DNA from: Cyanidioschyzon merolae
Taxonomy: Eukaryota
Length of the DNA: 64,000 nt
NCBI GenBank assembly: GCA_000091205.1
Contig: AP006502.2
Strand: one strand, 5' to 3'
Shown here: in pieces, positions 54,154 to 64,000 of the stretch
Position numbering within the stretch: position 1 is the first letter of the stretch
Layout of the letters: each line of letters opens with the position of its first letter
Translations under genes and position numbers: made by a program
The notes under the pieces: generated by a model
What the model was told of the DNA's origin: nothing
Database searches by the model: none
Seen by the model: only the letters and a program-made list of their open reading frames with translations

Positions 54154-54999
54154 GGCCTAGCGTTTGTGGAGGCCTGCAACGCACCCTGGACAATCACAGG
54201 CGCTTGGAAGCACGCCGCGACTAGCAGACAACACACGCCGATGCAGCGTTCTGGTCGAAGCTGGTTGAAGCGGGGCGTGCTCTGGGCCAGTGAGTGTACT
54301 TCGCTGCTGCCGCTGCTGCTAGAGGTTCGGGTGCTCCATTCCCCACCGAAGCGCTTGTCCTGAACGCGAATTCCCATGCAAACCTCGCAGCGTGAAGCAC
54401 AGTGGCTATAATAGCTTGTGGTTGGGTGCTTTCGCGTCGAAGGGCGCGTTCCGGGCGACCGCTGAGGTCTGTCGAAAAGGACACCAGCCCGTGGATGCCT
54501 GACAAAGAAGCGCTGCATCTATGCTCTGAATAGGGTTTCTGGTGTCCCCGAACGCTATAATGGTTGTCTCGCTGTTGTTCGTGTCATAGACAAAACGGCG
54601 AATACTGTGGATGCTGGTTGTGAGGTACAGGTCGTGACGCCTGCACGAGCGCGCGACGCTTCCTTACGATACCCGCTGTCTGGTTCCGAGCGCTCTGCAA
54701 CTGGCTATGGCGACTGTACCACGCTACCCACGGTTCCGTGCGATACCGGGTGTCTGATGCCAAGCGCTCTGCAACAGGCGATACGGCTGCTGCAACGGGC
54801 GCGAGACGGCAATGTCAGATGAGAAAGGAACGCTGAACTGCTCGAATAGTTCCTTCATTGCGATTGGTAACGCAGCTCCTATTAGGTTTACAGCCACGAG
54901 ATTCGAGGAATAGCTGTAAGGACATACGGATTCGTACTTAGGTTAAGGATTCTCGTTGGTTTCTCCGAGGTCGCTCATTCCAATCTATCCGTTGGAATT

Positions 55000-55700
55000 C
55001 GTTTCGTCACCGGAATCAAGGTGATTCGCGATGCCCACGAACAAGACTCCCTACAATAATGTGTTTTTTACTAAATTTGTACGTTGAAGCCTCCGCTCCT
55101 CTCAGCTCCTTTCGGATAGAACGCTCAGATGACGCATTTTTCAAGTGTTTGATCGTTCTGTTCAGCGGCAACTCGTAGGCACAGCCATGCGCACCACCGG
55201 AATGATGATGAAAGAAATCGATGTCGTTTCTTCTCGACTTGTTCACGAGTTCATGTTGAAAGTTCACTGAAAACGTCATCTCAAATCATCCATTCCGCTC
55301 AGAAGAGAAATCCTCCTCTGTGTCAATCGCCGAAACTACTTGCGACAGCTCAATGATAACTCGCACAAGATACGCCGAAAGCGGATTCCGCCTCCTCTCT
55401 TTGCACGGGAAAGCATTCCGGAGACGTACATTAGTCATCGCAGCGATTGCTTCTGGAGTAGTGAGCGTGATCACCTTGTATGAAGGGCGCGTAAACGGAT
55501 CGACCGTTCTCGACTCGACCTCTAGCCGGCATTTTTCTTACCATTCTTGTTCTATCGTGGATAACATTTCGTTCCACAAATCCTCTATCGAATTGGACGG
55601 CGTGCGCTTGCTCGTGCATCGGTCAGAACACTCGATGCAGAGAGCCCTGGAGAAGCCCGAGATCGTCACAGATCGACAATGAGTGCGAAAAATAAACAAA
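55000..55700 (+). mobile_element. Degenerate TnpB/Fanzor-like element, copy F (subfamily 2, 5' part)
   Basis: The 5' sequence caccggaatcaaggtgattcgc is shared with copy E (caccggaatcgaggtgattcgc). ORF 55320..55682 ends with the conserved RuvC-II-like block SIVDNISFHKSSIELDGVRLLVHRSEH at about 55552-55640. Confidence 0.45.
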
Positions 55701-56149
55701 ACACACTGAGAGAAGCTCTGTACACCCCGCCGGCGCTTCTATCAAGCGATGGGGCAAGCGTTGACGGGCTCTCACGTGGCCCTCCACAGATGACGTCTAT
55801 TGGGCAAATAGGAACACCTGCGCAAAATCAAGGAGCGTGGGTGCGAAACGCGCATCGAGACTTGATATAAAAGTAAAAAACGTTGCAAGCGAAGCCCAGA
55901 TTGCAGCTTTTGGCAGTGCATCGAATGCGTCGACACCAGCCGAAAGCAGCAAAATCGGGCCCTGAACGCGACTTTCAAAATCCTTCAACTGCGAACATCG
56001 GGAATAGAGTGAAACTAGAGACCAGCGTATACACAGACGGATATGAGAGAGCGGAAACGGAAGTAGTTGAGGAAAAACGCTCCGGAAAGCCACTCTTCAT
56101 GACCTTGGAAACAGACCCAACATTTTGAGTCTACATCCGAGGTCGGTGC

Positions 56150-56700
56150 GCGGATCGACCCATGCCTCGCTCCGCTTCCATTTCATTCATCGATTCTGCG
56201 ATTACGACGATAGCGTGTATGTCGATAAACCGACCTGCAGACGCTTCGCAACCTGTTTTGACCGGTTGCATGGTATCGATTTCAGCTTCTCCTCGTAGAC
56301 TTCGACCCGGAGAGGCTGCCCCATGAAGTTTGCTCGCGCCATCTCCGCAGGTGTCGTCCTCTGCTCCGTAAAACGTCTGATATTTATTGCAGCATTGACG
56401 TCTCGATTCACGAACTCCATGCGTTTTTTTGCATCTGGTCGAACTCACCTATGCAAGGATAGCGGAAACTCGCGCCACCTGTCTCGTCTTCGTCCTGATG
56501 ACGACGTACTTTTCTCACCTATGTTTGCTCTTCTTCTTAGATCCATGGTCGGCGAGAAGAGGATTATTTCCGTTACTTCTTCCAGCCGACGACACCGAGC
56601 CTCCAGACTCCTCTACCTAGATGTCCATCACTTTCCTGTTTTAATTCCAAAACGAACCCACGTGGAGCGCTTCTGTTATAAACCGCTAAAAAGCACTTGA
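56150..56700 (-). mobile_element. Degenerate TnpB/Fanzor-like element, copy G (3' part, tail-to-tail with copy F)
   Basis: Minus ORF 56202..56420 reads MEFVNRDVNAAINIRRFTEQRTTPAEMARANFMGQPLRVEVYEEKLKSIPCNRS, a RuvC-III motif plus a C-terminal tail homologous to copy B. An in-frame stop lies immediately upstream of this frame, and the Zn-finger region is in another frame. Confidence 0.5.
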
Positions 56701-58394
56701 ATACGCTCACATGTGGGTTGAAACACAAACGAACGTAAAATCTATCATTTGCTCTGACTTCAACGCAAAAACATCGTGTACGTTCGAGCAGTACGCTAAT
56801 GAACAGGATCGTGTTTCCCCGCGACGGCGAGATGCACGTCCTCTCTCATGCCTGCCAGATATGGAGGTGCGCGTATCGAGTGCGCTATATAGAAAAAAGA
56901 ACAGAAACGAACCAGTAATTAGCACGAAATATCGATTTCTTTCCTCCTCAGAGCCAAGCGTTAAACGGGGAAAATTGTCCATGTTGCCAAGAGTTTATCT
57001 TATAGGCGGCAAGTCCCGCGACCTGGACGCTTCTGTCGGGCCGGTGATTCATGCTCCCACCAGTGGCGGGTGCAGTGGCGAGATCTGCGCAGCTCGTCCG
57101 CAACGCCGTTTATTCGGGGATTAGGGGCAGATCGGCAGCGTCTGCGCATCGCCCTGGTCGCTGTGGACTCCTAGTATGTCGTTTCGGGTTACTGCAGACA
57201 GTAGGTCTGTCTGCGAAGCTGACAGGCTCCCAGCATGAGGATGGACGCCAACTCCACGTCAGGTGAAGCATTCCGCGATCCGACACCCTCAGTGGTGAGG
57301 CGAAGCCGTTCCATCCCCGTGTGATGCATCCGCATCAGCGGTTGAGACGTTGCGGCGGGTGCCTCACACAGGTACTCGGCGCACGATAGAACGTACCATA
57401 CGACCAGTGCATCCGAAAGGAAGCATCCATGATGGAACATGGAGCTAGAGTGAAGAGCATTGAGCGTTATCATTTATTTCCATGCATATCCCGCGACCTG
57501 GGATCTCCATCGTCGACGCATGCGTTTTTCCAACGGAACATCGATTCGCAGCATCTATGTGGACTTTGCTATCCATAAATCAACAACTATGGGCAGCATC
57601 GAGAGCCGCCCCCGTGGACGCGCAGCGGTGCGTCAGCGTCGTCGTCACCGAAATCAGCGGAGGATCCAGCGCGGCTCCGCCCAGATACATCCCCCGAAAC
57701 CTGCCAGGGACGCGTCGATCCTGAGCACCAGTGCCTCTTCAGGGCGCGTTGCTATCTGGTAGACGTCGGTGCCAGTTCGCACGAGCCTTCTGGAAGCACG
57801 CTTATCCGTACACCGAATATACGGGAAGCCGGTGGCGGATGTATACGCGCTTCTTCCTGTGTGGCAACAGGCTTCACTGACACACGGGCGCTGTGTGGAA
57901 CGAGGATCAACAGCGGCGGCGGCAGGGTGTGTGACTAGCGCACCGCTGCCAGCAGCAGCTTTTCCTGCAGCCGCTCGGCAGTGGGGTCCTAATTGGGGTA
58001 TCGCTAAGCAGCGCTTTCCAGGAATCTCTGAATCGACGATCATATTTCTGTCGCTCCCGAACGTTCGCGAAGCAACCCGAGCACGTAGCGGCCGCAACGA
58101 GCGCAGAAGCGCAAGCGGCAGCTTTTTGACAGATTTCGGGACCTCTGCGTCGGTTGTGCGCCGTACATAGGTCGTCATTAAGTATTACGTGTGACAGAAA
58201 AGTCAACTTTAGAGGTGAAAAACCTCCAAACGACACAGACACACACAGACAGACGTCGAAGCACTGTTAAGACTGGTGTCTTCACTTGGCGGACTGGGCT
58301 CCCGAGTGAAACATCGGGTAACAGCCAATTTTTCACGGACACAAGTGCACGACACTCTTAACCGCTGCGACTTGGACCAGTGTTGCGACCGTAA

Positions 58395-61124
58395 ATGGTG
58401 CCAAACCAGGCACCAGCGTTACACTGGCCACCGCGAACCATCGACGCGTCCGCACCGTCTTCTTTCGTGTTCGAGACGAACCCTGCGGGAGTCAGCTCCG
58501 TGAGCGACCTTTTCACCAGCGATCATGATGTCCCGTTCCCCGATGGATCGGGATTTCTCTTCCCCAAGACGCTGCATTCGGCGAGTACCGAGAAAATACT
58601 CGAGCCGCTGACACAGCTACACCCGACAGGGCAGAGAATGCCGAACGAAGTACCTCTTCGATCTGCATCCGCTGACGGCGGTGTTTTCCCGGGCAATGAG
58701 CTGTTTATAGCGGCAACAGATGGTAGGGAGCTTCCGTCGGTGCCTGGTCGTCGACGCCTCGAATCTGAAGTGGACGAGCTTGCGCAGTTGATCAAGCTCA
58801 GCAACGAGGAGCATCGATCGGTGCAGCAGCTGCTCCAAGCGGAGCCGTTTATGGGCAGCACATGCGCTCTCGCCGAGGCAGATGATACCACCGCCGATGA
58901 CCATGCAGGTTTTCTGATCAAGAATCACGGGTCGGACTCGACGTCTGACTTGTCGGCGCTGCTGCTGACACCCGCTCGCGGGACAAGAGCGCCCACCATG
59001 GCTAGCCCTGGCACGCCGAGTCCACAATCGCCGCGCAAGTCGCATGCGCTGGCATCGCCAGCAGCCAAGGAGCAGGTCACCGCGTCGCCGCAGGCATTTG
59101 CACCGAGTCAGGGGTATCTAGGGACGTCCGCTGCGGCCCGTGTGAGAAGCAACCAGCGTCCCGATGCCAGTCGCACATCTGCAGCACGCAGCGTCGAGGG
59201 CCAGCACCGCGTCGAGCCCCAGAACGAGTCCACTGCGAAAGCACGCCCACGCAAGTCACAGACAGAGACGCGTTTTGTTCACCCAGAGGTGCATCTACCA
59301 AATTCGGGCTTAACGACGCCACCGGAATCTCCCGGAGCGAGCCCGAGTCAAGTACCGGGCGTTCGTGCAGCGTCCGGCAAGAACGCGCTGACATTGCCAG
59401 CGGAGAGCGTGCCCTCGAAGCGTTCCGAGTCGCCGAGTAGCGAGCAGAAATCACCTTCACCAAAGTCGGATGGAGCTGGTACCAACGGTGCAGCGGCTTC
59501 CGTTGATGAATATACGCTACGCAAACGGGAAACACACAACTTGCATACTCGCGTCTCGCGGAAGAAAGTCTCGCAATGCTTCGAGCGACTCGTGACCGTG
59601 CTCACTGCCGATTGTGCAGTTGAGGAATCCGAGTTCATTATTTGCAATGAACTGGACGGAGCCTGCATCCCGGAACAAAGCATGATCTGCGCCTGCTGTG
59701 GACTTGACGGCTGCATGCGTCAGGATTGCAGGCAGTGCAAAGCGCCCACAAATACGTCCACAACTAACACCAATAACCAGCACGCAGCGCCTGCCTCGGG
59801 AGTAGACACACCGCCCAGTGTCGCTGCCGGTGACGTGTCGGCGGATAACGCGGACCCGAAAGCGCTCCTCACTGCGCCCGGTACCTGTTGTGGCTGGCGT
59901 GACCGTTTCATGCCACGTCGGGAGCGAGCCAGGGCGCTTCGAGCGCGTCTCCGTCATCGCGCAGAGACGCTCCAGTACGCAACACAGACCATTGTGCTGC
60001 TGCGTCGACAGCGTCGCTCCCTGGAACTTCTCCTGCTCCACGAATCGGAGTCGTTTCGGCGGCTCTGGGTGCAGCATCTGGTGGAACAAGTCCAGGGTGG
60101 TCAGCAGAAACCTCAGGATGAGCAAGTCGTCATTACAGAATGCTGCAAGTCAGTGGTACGCGCGGTGCTCGAGCAGTTTCACTGGCCATTTGGGGAGCTT
60201 TGGATGCTTGGTCTTCCGCCGCCGTCGACCGACACCGACAACGACAACGAGAAGGAGGCCTGCGCGGAACAACCCTGCGTTCGTGAGGGTACCGCGTCAG
60301 CGTCGCAGCGTCGGCAATGCTCCTGGGATACACTCCAGCATCAAGCGACGCTGATCGTGCCGCCACCTGCCGAAGAAACCGGGTATCTGGATCCATACTG
60401 GATGCTAGCGCTCCGTCCAGACAAAGCGCAAGCGACAGATCCACCTCTGCCCGATCTACTTGAGCGTCCCAGTGCCGTTTCCGAGGCGCGACTCGGTACC
60501 GAGCGTGATCCAGCCGCTCCTCCCGTTCGTGGAGATTGCCCAGCCGACTCACCAAGCACACTCCTGTCCTCTAGCGGGGTATCGAGTTGCAATGCCGCAG
60601 ACGATCCACAACCGATGGCAACGAGTAGCAGCCGCTGCGCTGGCGGCTGCTCGGAATCGCTGACGAAACGCGAGCCCAATCCTGAACTGGACCAGAGCGC
60701 AGCACTGCTCACTGATCTGGAGTGCTTTGCTACTGAGAGCAAGCAGGTCCTTGCCCATCCATCGACGACGGATATCCAGAACCTGGTGCTTCGAGATCAG
60801 CGAGCTATTGGTGCCCGTCTCCGGGCCGGTGCGTTTGTGGAGTTCGACCCCCGGAGCGGCTCGGAGCGCACGTCCATCGCTTTCGAGAGAGCGCCGCTCG
60901 CACGGAGACACAACTTGCGTTGTCTGGTGGCGATACCGCTGCTGACCCCGGTTCACAGCGCACCGGACAAGCGTCCGCGTCTTTCCAGCGCCTCCGAGTC
61001 ATCGACCAGTATCCGGGGCGTCGCGGTACTGGGTCACGTCGAAGCGGATGCCGCTGTGCAGCCACTGCTCCAGACACTGGAGAGCCTCTGGCAACATCTC
61101 ATGGCGACGTTGGCTCGTGACTAA
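58395..61124 (+). CDS. Hypothetical 909-aa low-complexity (S/P/A-rich) protein with a central Cys cluster
   Basis: Long uninterrupted ORF. The Cys cluster is CNELDGACIPEQSMICACCGLDGCMRQDCRQCK. The C-terminal ~150 aa look globular (...CLVAIPLL...GVAVLGHVEAD...), possibly GAF-like. No family was assigned. Confidence 0.35.
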   Translation: MVPNQAPALHWPPRTIDASAPSSFVFETNPAGVSSVSDLFTSDHDVPFPDGSGFLFPKTLHSASTEKILEPLTQLHPTGQRMPNEVPLRSASADGGVFPGNELFIAATDGRELPSVPGRRRLESEVDELAQLIKLSNEEHRSVQQLLQAEPFMGSTCALAEADDTTADDHAGFLIKNHGSDSTSDLSALLLTPARGTRAPTMASPGTPSPQSPRKSHALASPAAKEQVTASPQAFAPSQGYLGTSAAARVRSNQRPDASRTSAARSVEGQHRVEPQNESTAKARPRKSQTETRFVHPEVHLPNSGLTTPPESPGASPSQVPGVRAASGKNALTLPAESVPSKRSESPSSEQKSPSPKSDGAGTNGAAASVDEYTLRKRETHNLHTRVSRKKVSQCFERLVTVLTADCAVEESEFIICNELDGACIPEQSMICACCGLDGCMRQDCRQCKAPTNTSTTNTNNQHAAPASGVDTPPSVAAGDVSADNADPKALLTAPGTCCGWRDRFMPRRERARALRARLRHRAETLQYATQTIVLLRRQRRSLELLLLHESESFRRLWVQHLVEQVQGGQQKPQDEQVVITECCKSVVRAVLEQFHWPFGELWMLGLPPPSTDTDNDNEKEACAEQPCVREGTASASQRRQCSWDTLQHQATLIVPPPAEETGYLDPYWMLALRPDKAQATDPPLPDLLERPSAVSEARLGTERDPAAPPVRGDCPADSPSTLLSSSGVSSCNAADDPQPMATSSSRCAGGCSESLTKREPNPELDQSAALLTDLECFATESKQVLAHPSTTDIQNLVLRDQRAIGARLRAGAFVEFDPRSGSERTSIAFERAPLARRHNLRCLVAIPLLTPVHSAPDKRPRLSSASESSTSIRGVAVLGHVEADAAVQPLLQTLESLWQHLMATLARD

Positions 61125-61512
61125 AGCGAGCGTCCATTTATGAAAAACTCGTCACAAGCATGACGAGTAGCGCGGATCGCGAACATAACAGGAAAAGCGG
61201 TTCACATTGTGGTCGAGACTGCGTCCAGGTTGATCCACAACAGACCTCGGCTCTCTCGCTTGCTTCTGGTGCGGTTCCGAGTGCTCCGAACGGCGACTCG
61301 CTGGGCAGCTGTGGTAATCGAGTGAACGAGCGAGCGTATCCACCGCCGTTGCACCAGAGCGTTGCCATTCGCACCCGGTGTACCTTGGTGTCGAAATACG
61401 GTTGCTTTCTGGAGGCGTCCAAACGTGCACCGCAAGCGCAAACCGCCGTGCCAGCGCTCCATGTCACCACACCCAGTCGAGGTTTTATGGATGTTCAGTG
61501 CTGCCCACGGAT

Positions 61513-63546
61513 TCAGGACGCTGCGCTGCTTCTTCGGCGTACCAGGCGGCGGGTACGTCCCGGTTCAAGTCGAATCAGCACCGGTTCATCGGCTTCGACG
61601 CTATCCAGACGTGGCGACGAGGCCGTGAAGTCTGCTGGCTTGGGTGCTGGTTCGGCAACATGCTCTGACGAGGAGCCTGCGCCAGTTCGACGGCCTTGTC
61701 GCTGGCGTTTCGAAGCAGTCTCCGGTGAAGATTCCTCTACAGTTCGCGATGTCGACGCCTTGGTCGTTGTGTTGCTCTCGGGCAATACGCGGAGCTTACA
61801 AACAAAGAAACCATCCATGTTATGCACATGTGGATAATAGCGCCGTGCCTCCGCGAGGCTCGGGTGAAAGCGTTTCTCCCGAAAGCGGATGAAACCTGGT
61901 AAGCCGAACGGGATACCTGTTGAGACCACTTTCACCCGGGAACCCAGTTTGCGCAAAACATAATCGACTACTTCCTCATTTTCGTCGACAAGGATGCTGC
62001 ACGTCGAATAGACAACAACGGCTCCCGTCTCACTGCGTGGGTTGCACGCATCGACCGCTGCAAGCAGAAGTTGTTTCTGGAGGTAAACGCAACGTCGAAT
62101 GCTCGCTTCATCCCGTGTGTGTTTGATGGATGCATCATGTGCGATGACCCCAGTACCGGTACACGGTGCGTCCAGCAGCACTCGATCGAAAAAGTGACGG
62201 AATCCGCCGTGCTCAGACGGGCTCCCATTCGCCGACTTTGAGAGCGTCCTTCCGTCCAGGCTCATCACGACTGCATTCGGTACACCGAGACGTTGGAGGT
62301 TCGCAACGAGCGCTTTGCAGCGTTCCCGATTCACGTCGTTGGCAAAAAGCAACCCCGTACCTTTCATAAGCTGCGCGATATAGGTGGCCTTGCCGCCCGG
62401 TGCTGCCGCCATATCCAGAATCCGTTCGTGCTCGCGCGGTGCGAGTGCCATAACGGGTAGGAAACTCGCAGCCGCTTGAATCATGTAGTAGCCGGCCAAA
62501 TATTCCGGTGTTGCGCCTACCGGTACTTCGCTCTGGTAAACAGTGAGCCCGACAGGCGACCAGGAGCCGACGGGATCTACATTCATGCCGCGAGCAATGA
62601 GCGCCATTGCGAGCCGCTGTCGCCGCACTTTCAGCGTGTTGGTGCGAATGACCAGGGGTCGGGGCGACTCGTTCGCCTCTATAAATGCAAGCAGCTCCGT
62701 AGGCGGGAAGAGTTCCGCAAAACGCTGTGCTAGAGAAGGCAGGTAATCGTACGCTGCGCAGATCATTTCCAATAGCTCGGTAACCAGCTCTGATCTACTT
62801 CGTGCGCCTTTCCGCTGGGGTGCGGGTTCGCTCAGCTCTTGAACGCGATTCTGAATCGCTTGTTTCAGTTCCTCGAGGTGTCCTGGACGCATTGCTGCTG
62901 GTGCTGCACCTGACGTCCACGCAGCAGCATCGTTCGCATCGAGATCGTGCTCAGGTTCCTGTGGAGAGGCCTTCGATGCGGCATCTGTGGCAGCGTCAGC
63001 GACCGCAAGCGGCTGCGTGGCCGCATACTGCCGCATGTGCCTCGCCAGGTACTCGTCTTCGTCTTCAGAAGTACTGACTCCATCATCTGTAGCATCACTG
63101 AGGTGCGTTACTGGAAACGCGTACCGCTCGACGTCCTCGGAGTCGGTCGACGCGTGGAACGGCTCCGGCGCCACCGTCGACGCGTCGAATGACCCTTCTT
63201 GGTTGAACGCGAGCCTATCATCGTTTTGAGGCTTCCGTTGAAAGATCGACATATCCTCTGAGTCTGAATCGGTTTGATTCGGGTGCGCTGTTTCCGACGC
63301 AGCTGCTTTTCGCTTCGCGGTATGAGCAGGCAGCTGCTCGCGAGAGGCGTCGCGCAGTTTTTCGTCTGGTTTGCTTCGAGATGGAGCGCGCAGCTTCCGA
63401 TCTGCACCGCTTGGTACTTGAGAAACTTGCTTGATCTCATGACGCTTCTGTTTCTGCCCCAGACGGAGTGCAGACGCTGACTGAACGCCCGAAGCGCCGC
63501 GTCGCCCCGCGGTGCGCTTCACTCCCGTAGAGAGGCGCCGAACCAT
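61513..63546 (-). CDS. NOP2: Nucleolar rRNA (cytosine-C5)-methyltransferase NOP2 (NOL1/NOP2/Sun family)
   Basis: ILDMAAAPGGKATYIAQLMKGTGLLFANDVNRERCKALVANLQRLGV...FDRVLLDAPCTGTGV...GAVVVYSTCSILVDENEEVVDYVL carries the SAM-binding motifs I-VI. The N-terminus is long, basic and acidic. Confidence 0.85.
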   Translation of the reverse strand: MVRRLSTGVKRTAGRRGASGVQSASALRLGQKQKRHEIKQVSQVPSGADRKLRAPSRSKPDEKLRDASREQLPAHTAKRKAAASETAHPNQTDSDSEDMSIFQRKPQNDDRLAFNQEGSFDASTVAPEPFHASTDSEDVERYAFPVTHLSDATDDGVSTSEDEDEYLARHMRQYAATQPLAVADAATDAASKASPQEPEHDLDANDAAAWTSGAAPAAMRPGHLEELKQAIQNRVQELSEPAPQRKGARSRSELVTELLEMICAAYDYLPSLAQRFAELFPPTELLAFIEANESPRPLVIRTNTLKVRRQRLAMALIARGMNVDPVGSWSPVGLTVYQSEVPVGATPEYLAGYYMIQAAASFLPVMALAPREHERILDMAAAPGGKATYIAQLMKGTGLLFANDVNRERCKALVANLQRLGVPNAVVMSLDGRTLSKSANGSPSEHGGFRHFFDRVLLDAPCTGTGVIAHDASIKHTRDEASIRRCVYLQKQLLLAAVDACNPRSETGAVVVYSTCSILVDENEEVVDYVLRKLGSRVKVVSTGIPFGLPGFIRFREKRFHPSLAEARRYYPHVHNMDGFFVCKLRVLPESNTTTKASTSRTVEESSPETASKRQRQGRRTGAGSSSEHVAEPAPKPADFTASSPRLDSVEADEPVLIRLEPGRTRRLVRRRSSAAS

Positions 63547-64000
63547 GCCGTGTGCGAGTTGAACAAAGCGGAGACCAGTTGAAACCTGGAAACCCTTTCG
63601 GAAACTCTAGTGAGAAGCGTGCGTGCTCGCCAGCGCACGCCGATCGGTTCCTGGTTAGAAGCGCGTCGCTCAAGCGGTTATAATGGAGCGGCGAAGGAGC
63701 CGCAGGTCTGAGCGCCACCCCTGGGTCCCGTTTCGAGTGAAAAGCGTGCAGTGCTCTGCGCTACCTTGACAGCAAACGAGTAGCTTTTCAACGGAGGGCA
63801 ACGAATCGTTTTCGGTGCTTCAGAGCTCCCTCGAAAGACTATCACGAACCGGCACCAGTGCAGTGCGGTACACGGCGGATACAGTTCCATAGAGCGACAC
63901 CGTAGCGGACGCCGGCGGTGCCCCCCGGCCGTCGTGGCATGTTTCAACGAGGTCCGAGTAGAAACGACCTCTTTTTTGACTAGTGCTGCACGTTTCCCGG

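Noticed and set aside
1-64000. Possibility that the window is prokaryotic, given the high GC and the TnpB-like, Mrr-like, RibF and YbeY genes
   Set aside because: The presence of eS27, CCT-alpha, NMD3, Sar1, UTP11, NOP2, KRI1, CTU2, SWIB and ESCO genes, mixed-strand monocistronic layout and presequence-like N-termini establish a eukaryotic nuclear origin.

Overview
This window looks like compact, GC-rich eukaryotic nuclear DNA. The eukaryote-specific genes found are ribosomal protein eS27, CCT-alpha, NMD3, Sar1, UTP11, NOP2, KRI1, CTU2 and ESCO. About 30 protein genes lie on both strands, almost all as single uninterrupted ORFs, so the genome appears intron-poor. Intergenic spacers are short, and in one case two convergent stop codons sit 4 bp apart. 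Several nuclear genes are of organelle or plastid type: a RibF-type FAD synthetase, a RETICULATA-related DUF3411 protein, YbeY, and a DPE2-type GH77 glucanotransferase with two CBM20 domains. Mitochondrial genes are also present: SCS-beta, SDHAF4, NDUFA5, a mitochondrial carrier and a Tim17-family protein. This fits a plastid-bearing alga, possibly a red or other microalga, but that is inference only. No rRNA or convincing tRNA gene was recognised.

The most unusual content is a dispersed family of at least seven degenerate copies of a TnpB/Fanzor-like RuvC-nuclease element (OrfB_IS605-type). The copies carry recognisable RuvC-I (GxDxG), TSQ-like, CxxC and RuvC-III (RDxNAAxNI) motifs, but all are broken by frameshifts and stops. 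They sit in intergenic spacers at about 3.3-5.5 kb, 5.6-7.6 kb, 11.6-12.7 kb, 16.2-17.3 kb, 28.4-29.4 kb, 55.0-55.7 kb and 56.15-56.7 kb. One copy is followed by a 62-bp x ~10 minisatellite. Other features are several triplet microsatellites, including a perfect CAG/CTG palindrome and a (TGA)8/(TCA)8 inverted pair that brackets a convergent 3' region, and duplicated ~45-bp motifs in a bidirectional promoter. No sequence search was run; every functional call rests on motifs recognised by eye.
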